In this document: piece after piece, positions 44,207-57,042 of the stretch
Numbering within the stretch: the first letter of the stretch is position 1
Layout of the letters: each line of letters begins with the position of its first letter
DNA from: the human T2T-CHM13v2.0 reference genome, Homo sapiens
Length of the DNA: 64,000 bases
Reading direction: 5' to 3' (one strand)
Assembly (NCBI RefSeq): GCF_009914755.1
Contig: NC_060925.1
Program-made: the position numbers and the translations under genes
The notes under the pieces: generated by a model
What the model was told of the DNA's origin: nothing
The model's database searches: none
What the model saw: the letters and a program-made list of their open reading frames with translations, nothing else

Positions 44207-44640
44207 CTTTCTATTAATCTCTAATTTTATTCCATGTGGCTGGAGAACATACTTTGTATAATCTCAGTTCTTTTAAATTTATTATGGCTTGTTTTATGGT
44301 TCAGCATTTAGTCTATCGTAGAGAATATTTCATGTGCTCTTGAGAAGAATGTGTATTCTGTGTATTTTGCACTTGTTTGGTGCAGCAATCTCTTACATTT
44401 AGTTGGTTTATAATGTTAAAGTCATACGTATCTTGTTTATTGTCTGCCTAGCTGTTCTATCTATTACTGAAAGTGAAGTATTAAAGTTTCCAGCTATTTC
44501 TGTTTGATTGCCTATTTCTCTTTTCAATTCTGTTGGTTTTTGCTTTATATATTTTGGGGCTCTGTTGTTATGCGCATACATTATTATGATTGTTATGTTT
44601 TCCTGATGGATTGACTCATTTTTATTATAAAATGTCCTTC
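44207..44640 (-). mobile_element. Inverted 5' segment of L1MB (endonuclease region)
   Basis: The minus strand reads SIHQENITIIIMYAHNNRAPKYIKQ...GNFNTSLSVIDR and ends at GIKLEIN. Confidence 0.9.
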
Positions 44641-44759
44641 TGTAATCACAAAGGAAATTAGAAAATAGAGACAAATGACAATGAAAACATACTATACCAA
44701 AACTTACACAACACTGCAAAAGTAGTGCTATTGATAGCTATAAATGCTTACAATAAAAT

Positions 44760-44915
44760 GAGCCAGGTATGGTATAGTGGCACACACCTTTAGTCCTAGT
44801 TACTTGGGAGACTAAGGCAGGACAGTTGCTTGAGGCCAGAAATTTGGGGCTGCAGTGAGCTCTAATTGCACCATTGCACAGCAGCCTGGTCAAAAGAATG
44901 TGATTCTGTTGAAGA
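44760..44915 (+). mobile_element. Alu right arm / FRAM-like monomer in L1
   Basis: gtggcacacacctttagtcctagttacttgggag...gctgcagtgagc...ccattgcac. Confidence 0.8.
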
Positions 44916-45137
44916 AAGGAAATAAAGAGAAAGAAAGAAAGAAAGAAGGAAGGAAGGAAAGAAGGAAGAAAGGAAGGGGAAGGGAAGGAGGGAGGAAGGA
45001 GGGAAGGAAGGAAGGAAGGGGAAGGGAAGGAAGGAAGGAAGGGAGGAAAGAAGAAAGAAAGAGAAAGAAAGAGAGAAAGAAGGAAGAGATTGAGAGAGGG
45101 AGGGAAGAAGGAAGGAAGGAAGGAAGGAAGGAAGGAA
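44916..45137. repeat. Purine-rich (GGAA/GAAA/GGGA) tract
   Basis: About 220 nt of almost pure A/G. Confidence 0.95.
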
Positions 45138-45501
45138 TTCAAATCAATAACCTAACTTTACAACTTAAGGAGCTTAAAAAAAAAAAGGAATAAACTAAAC
45201 CCCAAAGCTAGTAGAAGGAAATAATAAATATTAGAACAGAGATTAATAAAATAGAGAATAAAAAACAGAGAAAATTAACAAAAACAAAAGTTGGTTTTTG
45301 AAAAGATTAACAAAATTGACAAACCAGATAGACCAAGAAAAAAGAAAGAAGATTCAAATTTCTAAAATCAGAAATAAAAATGGAGACATTACTACCAATT
45401 CTATAGAAATGAAAAGGATTATAAGAGAAAATTATAAATAATTGTATGCCAACAAATTGGACAACCTAGATAAAATGAATTCTTAGAAACACAAAACCTA
45501 C

Positions 45502-45938
45502 TCCATCCATTTGTATTGTATAATAAAATACTTGAGACTGGGTAATTTATAAATAACAGAAATTTATTTTCTCACAGTATTAGAGGCTGGAAAATCTATC
45601 ATGGCTCTGGCAGGTTCAGTGTCTGGTGAGGGCCCTGGTCTTTGCTTTCAAGTTGGCACCTTGAATGCTGTGTCTTCACATGGCAGAAGACTAGAAGAGC
45701 AAAAGGGTATGAGAATGGTGAACTTGCTTCCTCAATCCCTTCTATAAGGCACTGACCCCATCCATGAAGACAGGGCCCTCATGGCCTAATCACCTCTTAA
45801 AGGCCCCACCTCTTGGTACTGTACCCTTGTGGATTAAGTTTCAACACGAATTTTGGTAGAGACACAAACGTTCAAAGCATAGCACCCAAAAACTGTACTT
45901 TCAGGAATCATTTCTATAGTTTGTTTCAAACCACAGCA
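45502..45938 (-). mobile_element. MaLR solo LTR (MST/MLT1A-like) inserted in L1
   Basis: gagactgggtaatttataaataacagaaattta...aatcacctcttaaaggccccacctc; 5-bp TSD cctac at 45497-45501 and 45939-45943. Confidence 0.88.
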
Positions 45939-47071
45939 CCTACCAAAGCTAATTCACAAAGGAAGAGAAAATCAGAGTAGACCTATAACTAGGTATAACT
46001 AGGTAAAGAGATCGAATCAGTAATCAAAAAATCTTCTGACCAAGAAAGCCCTGGGCCTAATGACTTCACTAGTGAATTATACTACACATTTAAAGAGAAC
46101 TAGTAGCAATTCATTTCAAACTTTTCCGAAAAGAAAAAAAAAAAAAACTGAAGAGCAGGGAACATTTCCTAGCCCATTTTATGAGGCCAGCATTACGCTA
46201 ATACAAAAGCCAGACAAAGATGCCACAAGAAAAGAAAACGATGAACCAATATTCCTTATGAACACTGATGCAAAAATTTTCAACAAAATACTAGCAAATT
46301 AAATTTAACAGACATATTAAAAGCATATAATAGATCATTGCCAAGTAGGATTTATTCCTGGAATGCAAGGATGATTCAGCATAAACAATCAATCAATGCA
46401 ATACACCACATTAACATAATGAAGTGAAAAAAAAACCACATCATTATCTCAATTGAGGCAGAAAATGCATTTGACAAAATTCAACATTCTTTCATGATAA
46501 AAACACTGAACAAACTAAGCATAGAAGGAAATTATGTCCACATAGTTAAAACCATACATGAGAAACCTGCAACAAACATCACACTTAATGGTGAAAGACT
46601 GAAAGCTTTTCCTCTAAGATCAGAGACAAGACAAGGATGCTCACTTTTGGGTATAATACTGGATGTTGTAACCAGAGAAGTTAGGCAAGAAAAAGAAATA
46701 CACATCCAAGTTGGAAAGGAAGAAGTCAAATTATCTCTGTTTGCAGATGATATGACCTTATATGTAGAAAACCCTTAAAATTCAAACAAACTGTTAGAGC
46801 TAATAAATGAATTCATTTGTGTTTTGCAAAGTAGCAAAATACAAATTCAACACATAAAAATTAGTTGCATTTTTATACACTAACAATGGATAATCTGAGA
46901 AAGAAATTATAAAAATAATTTCATTTATAATAACATCAAAAAGAATAAAATACTTAATAACTAACTTAACCAAAAAGACAAAAGCCTAATACAATAAAAA
47001 CTACAAAACATTAAGAAGTTAAAGGAGACATAAAAAAATGGAAACACATCTCATGTTCATGGATTAAAAGA

Positions 47072-47220
47072 TGTCAATACCACCCAAAGCAATGTACAAA
47101 TTCAATGCTATTGAAAATTATTAAGGTGTCAATACTACCCAAAGCAATGTACAGATTCAATGCAATTGAAAATTGTTAAGGTATCAATATCACCCAAAGC
47201 AATGTACAGATTGAATGCAA
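47072..47220 (+). repeat. 55-bp tandem triplication within L1 ORF2
   Basis: Units start at 47072, 47127 and 47182 (t(g/a)tcaata...cccaaagcaatgtaca...). Confidence 0.92.
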
Positions 47221-48755
47221 TCCCTGTCAAAATATCAATGATGTTTTTTGCAGAAATAGGAAAACCCCATGTAAAAACTCATATGGCATCTCAAGGGACC
47301 ATGAATAGCTGAAACAATCTTAAGGAAAAAGAACAGAGCTGGAGGAATCATACTTTCTGATTTCAAAACTACTACAAAGCTACAGTAATCAAAGCAACGT
47401 GATATTGACACAAGACAGACATATAGACCAATGAAAAAAAATAAAGAGCCCAGAAATAAACTCTTGAATAAATGGTTAAATTACTTTTGACAATGCCAAG
47501 ACCATTCAATGGGGAAAGTACAGTCTTTTCAACAAATGCTGCCAGGGAAACTGGATATCCAAATACAAAAAAGAAAAGAAAAGAAAAGAAACTGGACCAT
47601 TACTTGACATCATATCAAAAAGTTAATTCAAAGTGGATCAAAGACCTAAATTTAAGACCTAAAACTATAAAACTCTTAGAAAACACAAATGGCAAAACTT
47701 CACAACATTGGATTTGGCAATGAATTCTTGAATATGACACCAAAGGCACAAATAACAGAAGAAAAAATAGACAAATAGAACTTCATAAAATTTTTTAAAA
47801 TTTATACTCAAAAGAGAATATCAACAGGGTGAAAAGGAAAGCCACAGAATGGGAGAAAATATTTGCAAATTGTGTATCTGATAAGGGTTTAATATTCAGA
47901 AAACTCCTAAAACTCAATAACAACAAAAATATGACAAATATAGTAAAAAACTCAACCAAAATTAGGCAAAGGACTTATATAAGCATTTCATATACAAATG
48001 GATAATAATCATATGAAAAGATGCTCAAATCACTAATTATCAGGAAAAAGTAAATCAAAACTACAGTGAGATACCACCTCACATCCATTATGATGACTAC
48101 TATTAAAAGAAACAAAAAGTAACAAGTGTTGGTAAAGATATGGAGAAACTGGAAATTATGTGCACTATTGGTAGGAATATAAAATGATGATACAGCACTG
48201 TGGAAAACAGTATGGCAGTTCCACAGAAAATTAAAAATAGAATTACTATATGATTCGTTAATTTCACTTCTGGCTATATATCCAAGAGAACTGAAAGCAG
48301 GGTCTGAAAGAGACATTCGTACATCCATGTAACAGCTGATTTACTCACAATAGCTAAAACGTGGAAGCAACCCAAGTGTCCATCGATAGAAAAGTAAAAT
48401 GTGGTATATACATACAATGAGATATTTTTCAACTTTAAAAAGGAAGGCAAGTCTGACACATGCTACAGCATGAATGAAACTTGAGGTTATTTTGCTGAGT
48501 AACTCAGTCACAAAAAGACAAATACTTTATGATTTCATTTAAATGTGATATTTAAAGTAGTCAAAATAGTAGAAACAGAAAGTAGAATCATGTTGCCAGG
48601 CGCCTGTGGGAGAGAGAGAATGAGGAGTTATTGTTTAATAGATATGAAGTTTCAGTTTTGCAAGATGAAGAGTTTTGCAAGATGGATGTTGGTGACGGCT
48701 GCACAACAATGTGAATGTGCTTAACAACACCTAACCATTCACTTAAAAAGCGTTA

Positions 48756-48971
48756 CCAGCCTGGATAACACAGTGAGACTGTGTCTCTACAAAAAGAAAA
48801 ACCCAGCTGGATGTGGTGGTACACACCTGTAGTGTCAGCTACTTGGGAGTCTGAAGTGGGAGGATTGCTTCAGCCTGGGAGATCCAGGCTGCAGTGAGCT
48901 GTGATCTTACCACTGTTTTCCAGCCTGAGCAACCAAGAAAGACCCTGTCTCATTAATTAAAGAAAAAAAAA
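48756..48971 (+). mobile_element. AluJ, 5'-truncated
   Basis: accagcctggataacacagtgagac...gggaggattgcttcagcctggg...gaccctgtctc. Confidence 0.88.
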
Positions 48972-48994
48972 TGTTTTAATGGTTACTATGGTAG

Positions 48995-49303
<309 letters not shown>

Positions 49304-49459
49304 TAAAAAGTCATGATATTTCCCCTTATCCTTCTTTCCAGGTGAACCATTCCAGTGACCATTAACTATTTCTTTGAATGACATGATTTTAAATTTTCAT
49401 CATCCTGGACTTCCTACTCTCCCCGCCTTAAAGATGATGCAATAGTAATCACTGTATGA

Positions 49460-49705
49460 CAGTAATAAATACTTACTGAATGCTTGCTCTGTGTCAAGCA
49501 CCGTGCCAACCTTTGTACATAAATTGTTTCATTAATTATTATAACAAACCCGTGAGATAGATGTTATTAACTGCATTATGTGTAGATGAGGAAACTGAGG
49601 CATAGAGTGGTAAAAGAACTTGCCACGATCTTACAGCTAATGAGTGGCAGAGCCAGAATACAAACACAAAGAGTCTGGTTTCGGAGCCTTCTTTCTTAGT
49701 CATCT
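49460..49705 (-). mobile_element. MIR
   Basis: agatgaggaaactgaggcatagag...aatgagtggcagagccagaat. Confidence 0.85.
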
Positions 49706-49865
49706 CCTAAAAAAACACACCTATTCCATTAAATTCAAGAAAAGTTTGTTTTAATAATTTAATAGAAAAAAACACATATTGTATGATACCATTGTGCAAA
49801 ATCATTTCTCTCTCATTACCTCTCTGTTTGTGCCTGTCAATGTGCATTTTAAAAATATCTAGAAT

Positions 49866-50182
<317 letters not shown>

Positions 50183-50369
50183 GATATATATATAGAGAGA
50201 GAGACACATAGATATATAGATATTCCTTAAATATTGATATTGATCATGGCTATTTCTGGGTAATAGAATTTGGGGCATTTTGTTTGTTTATATTTCCTTT
50301 GTTTTTTTTGTTTGTTTTCTTTGCTTAACTTTTTATGTTGCTTGAGTTTTTATGATGAACATGTGCTAT

Positions 50370-51165
50370 TTTTTTCTAACGTCTTTATTAAGATATAATT
50401 TATATACCATAAAATTCACTCATTTCAAGTGTATGGTTCAATGAATTTTAGTATATTGACAGCTGTGCAACTATCACTACAATCTAACTTCAGACATTTC
50501 CATCACCCTAAAAAGATACTTTGCTCCCATTTCAATTACTTCCCTTTCCTACCCCAGCCCTAGGCAAACACTTGTCTACTTTCTGTGTCCACATACTTTC
50601 CTATTTTGGACATTTGATATAAATGAAATAATGCAACATGCGGCATTTTGTGTCTAGCTTATTACACTGAATAGATTGCTTTTGAAATTCACCCATATTA
50701 TAGTACATGTATCAGCACTCTGTTCCTTTTTATTGTCAAATAGTATCCTGTTGTGTGGATATATACATTATTTATTCATTCGTCAGTTGATGGGCATTGA
50801 GTTGTTTCCATTTTGGGGGTGTTGTAAATAATGCTGCAAGTTTTTGTGTGAACGTGTTTTCATTTCTTAGATACCTAGGAGGCTAAGATTGCTGAGCCAT
50901 ATGGTAAGTCTATGTTCAATTTTTCAAGAACCTGCCAAATTGTTTTTCCAAAGTGGCTGCACCATTTTACAGTTCCACCAGCAAGGTATGTATCTTTCCA
51001 TTGCTTCACATTGTTGGCGACGCTTGTTATTACCCATCTTTCTTATTATGTTTATTCTACTGGGTGTGAAGTGGTATTTCATTAAGGTTTTGATTTGCAT
51101 TTCCTAATAACCAATGATATTGAGCATCTTTTCATGTGCTTATTGGTCATTTGTGTATCTTTTTC
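50370..51165 (-). mobile_element. L1MB7/8-like 3' end, antisense
   Basis: gatataatttatataccataaaattcactcattt...catttccatcaccc...gatattgagcatcttttcatgtgcttattgg. Confidence 0.85.
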
Positions 51166-51239
51166 AACATGTGTTATTTTTATAACCAAAACGATTATTT
51201 TTGAACAGATTTTGATGTCTACTATTGGACTTATAATCC

Positions 51240-51570
51240 AGATGACACTCGACCAGCACAGAGTACAGTTAAATGTGGTTGCCTGTGATTTGCTCTCTGC
51301 ACTTCCACTGATGCAGCCGAAATACTGAGCTAATTTTTTTAGCAGACACATACCATTGGCTCAACTTAAGCCTGCAGTCAACTAAACACCCCGGATCCTT
51401 TTCTCACTGACAATTGTAGAGCCAGAATTCTCTCATTCTCTATTTGGGCTATTGATTTTATTGAATTTAAATGCTGGAGCTAATATTTATCCCTGTCGAA
51501 TTTTATCTTGTCACTTTAGGTCCATATTGTCATCTGTACAAGTAATATTTTATCTTAATTCTGTCATCTC
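51240..51570 (-). mobile_element. CR1/L3 fragment (partner fragment at about 49325-49410)
   Basis: gcagtcaactaaacaccccggatccttttc...atttatccctgtcgaattttatctt resembles antisense L3. Confidence 0.6.
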
Positions 51571-51649
51571 ATTTTACCTACCTTGAAACTTCCTTTTGGA
51601 TGTCAAAATAACTAAGAAGGTGGATTTTTAACCATTATATTTTTAGTTT

Positions 51650-51965
<316 letters not shown>

Positions 51966-52048
51966 TTGTGTGTTTTCTGAATCAAAATGAATGTATACTT
52001 TTCCATAAGCAACACAAGGACTCAATTACAATGCATGAGTTTGTTCAT

Positions 52049-52330
52049 GGCTAGGCACAGTGGCTCATGCCTATAATTTTAGCACTTTGGGAAGGTGAGG
52101 CAGGTGGATAGCTTGAGCCCAGGAGTTTGAGACTAACCTGGGCAACATGGCAAAACCCCATCTCTACAAAATACGCAAAAAATTAGCTGGGTATGGTGGA
52201 GCATGCCTATAATCCCACCTTCCTGAGAGGCTGAGGTGGGAGGATCACCTGGGCCTGGGAGGTGGAGGTTGTAGTGAGCCAATATCATTGCTACACTCCA
52301 GCCTGGGCTACAGCGTGAGACTCTGTCTCG
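52049..52330 (+). mobile_element. AluJ
   Basis: Full dimer with gcttgagcccaggagtttgagac and ggtgggaggatcacctgggcc. Confidence 0.92.
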
Positions 52331-52458
52331 AAAGAAAGAAAGGAAGGAAGGAAGGAAGGAAGGAAGGAAGGAAGGAAGGAAGGAAGGAAGGAAGGAAGGA
52401 AGGAAGGAAAGACAGAGAGAGAGAGAGAGGGAGGGAGGGAGGGAGGAAGGAAGGAAGG
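52331..52458. repeat. (GGAA)17 microsatellite plus GA/GGGA extension at the Alu tail
   Basis: Uninterrupted GGAA from 52342 to 52409. Confidence 0.96.
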
Positions 52459-52989
52459 TTGTTAAAAATAAGCACGTCAAGAATAAAACTAAAGTAGAAG
52501 ACTTATAAGACTATATTTTCATTTTTCATAATCAACATATGTATCTCTAATACACACATGAAAAGTTCTTAAAAGTAAGCACTGCCACTCAGCTTTGCAT
52601 CATAGTAGTAGCCACTTTTAATAGATTTCTGTTTTAAAAGAACAAGATTGATGAGAAAAGAAAGTATATACAATGTTACTGAAAAATGTAGACATGTCTA
52701 TGTAGGATTTTCTATTGCATTTTGATTCTTTCTAATTTCACTCTCAGTGAGACATTTATTCTGGACATTCTGGACGTTATTAACCATCATCTTTATGTAC
52801 TAATTACTTTACCCATAACTATTCATATTCCAACTCTTTTTTGAAAAGCCTTTTGGATATTCCCAAACCACTCTGACCTTTCCCCTCCTGGGAAGTTTCC
52901 ATGCAGTACTGAATCACTCATTCTCTTAGGTCCACGTCATATCCTTCCTATTTTGTGCAGGGCCCCTTTTTGTTTTATTTTCTCCTTTT

Positions 52990-54950
<1,961 letters not shown>

Positions 54951-55199
54951 TATATTTGATATTTGTACCCTGTGGTGTCTTCAGGGCTGCATATGAGAAG
55001 AGGGAGCCAACACCTGAGGGATATGCCCTCTTGTTTGTAATCATATTTAATATCTATATATTCATGCACATATTCAACATCTTGTTCCATTGGTAACTAG
55101 TGGTCCCAATAAAACTGGAATCTTCATTAAGATGATTACCTGAATACTAAATTTCATATTACTTTCCTAAAGACTTAGTTCAGTGCTATATACACATAG

Positions 55200-55395
55200 A
55201 CAGGAGACAGCTATAGCCTGAGAGGTACACAGCTGAACTGAAATCAAAAGACTTGAGTGAAATCTTTTCTGTACCTCTGACTCTGAGCCAGGCCATAATC
55301 CCTCTGAATCTCAGCTTCCTCATTCCTAACACATGATTAATGAGGTTGTCACAAAAATTCAAAGAGAAAATAGATTTATCATGCACAGAATTTGA
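55200..55395 (+). mobile_element. MIR
   Basis: cctctgaatctcagcttcctcatt...aggttgt. Confidence 0.6.
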
Positions 55396-56109
55396 CATGT
55401 GGAACCAATGCCCTGCTATTTGAATCTAAAGGCAAGAAATGCTTAAATCAGCTACAGCCAAAGAAGAGTAATGGCAGGAAAGCATTATAACTTCAAAAAC
55501 TGTTTTCCAGTGGTTAAACATTATTACCAAAGTTACTTCAGTCAAAGACATCAAAGAAAATTTATAATCTTGTCTCCAGATAACATGTACGTTCATCAGT
55601 TGCGGCTGAAAAGAAAAGTTCCCACCACCCTGAAGACCATCACTGGCCCTGGACTTCCTAAAGCAGCCCAAGAAACATTTTCTCTGGAAATCTGGTCTTT
55701 TGTGTGAGAGTGAAAGCTACTGTGGGTGTTGCAATACTTTTCCTCTGCAAAGAGATGATTTTAGCAGAATCCCAAATAGCACAATAGAATTATCTGTATT
55801 CATATGCAAATAAGCACATTTTAAAATATAGTTGAAACAAATAGGAATCCCTTTTATTTCCAATCTCATCTCATGTTTCCATAATGGAGATACTGGGATT
55901 AAAGATGATTATAAAGTGAATGTAGATTTGTGAGAAGTAGGCTATCATGAGAAATGCTGGGGGTGTGGAGCCCTTGCAAACACTTCCCAGGATCCGAAAG
56001 CAGAAAGGATAGAGGAAAGGCATTAGACTAAGCCATGAGAGTCATGGCAGGAAGAGGATTTGAAGAATGAAGCTTGCAGCACTCTTGTTGAAAGACTGAA
56101 GGTAAATGA

Positions 56110-56410
56110 CTGGGCACCTCTTCAATAGCAGCCCTCACTGACCACACTAACAAAAATATTCCCCACACAGCCCCACCTCCTCCCTAGTTACTCTATCATA
56201 CCACCACCACCTGCTTCATGGTTCTCTTTGAGCTGATAACTATGTTGTATTATCTTGCTTATTTGTTTGTTTGTTTGTTTCCTTTGCTGTTATTTATTTC
56301 TTCCACTAGGCTGGAAACTCTGGAGGAACAGGGACATGGCCTATCTTGTTCATGTGCCTCGATCAGTGCTAAGCACAGAATGGACATTCAATAAATGCTA
56401 TTTGAATGCA
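56110..56410 (+). mobile_element. L2 3' end
   Basis: ccactaggctggaaactctggaggaacagggac...cagtgctaagcacagaatggacattcaataaatg. Confidence 0.75.
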
Positions 56411-57027
56411 AAAAGGGAGTCCAGATCTATCAGAAATGAGGTAATAGCTGTTTCTTGATTTTTTTACATCACACATGGGCATTAGAGGATCTTTGTGGTA
56501 GGAAGTAAAATGAGAGGATAGAAACTTACTATAAGGTGCTTTTGTGGAACAAACAACTGTTCAGGTAAGTGCCATCTCAAGCAGTGCTTTGAATTGATCT
56601 GCCTGTAACCCTAGGAAAAAAAAAAAGGATGACCATACATTGGCCCTGACCTGTGAATCTACACATTCCTGGGTTTATCTTTCAGATAATTACTGTGGAG
56701 TAATATGAGACATAGAGTCTATGGCAATGGCCTTGAATAAATGAGTAATGCAACAAGTTATAAAGTTCTTAAAAGAAAGCCTGAGTATATCTCCTCATTC
56801 TTTTGTGCTTCTCTAGCCTATTTCCTTTACATATGGTGGCTGGAGTTGTGAGGGGTGAATTTCTATAAAGTAATAATCGATTGTTCTGTTTTTCCTTTGC
56901 TCATACCCCTCTCACTTTATTTTTTGAGGGAGAGAACAAAGAGAATAGGACGGGAAAAATGTCAGACTTCTAATGAAATTACAATTAAAAAAAAAAGAAA
57001 GTGATAACACTAAAACCATAAGGCAAA

Positions 57028-57042
57028 CCAGCAGGGGGTGTT
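57028..57042 (+). promoter_or_regulatory. Candidate CTCF site
   Basis: CCAGCAGGGGGTGTT versus core CCAGCAGGGGGCGCT (2 mismatches); motif match only. Confidence 0.35.

Larger units (their letters stand above)
44641..48993 (+). mobile_element. L1MB (L1MB3-like) ORF2 plus 3' UTR, decayed, with nested insertions
   Basis: [46 protein letters not shown] and [10 protein letters not shown]-like motifs; L1MB-type 3' UTR (gcacaacaatgtgaatgtgcttaa). Confidence 0.93.

Noticed and set aside
44738-45193. Low-complexity ORFs (PSFL / EGRK repeats; also 52133-52497)
   Set aside because: Translations of GGAA microsatellites.
46060-47723. RT-like ORFs (FADD motif) suggesting an active retroelement or novel RT system
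   Set aside because: Fragments of a decayed L1MB ORF2 with many stops, frameshifts and nested insertions.
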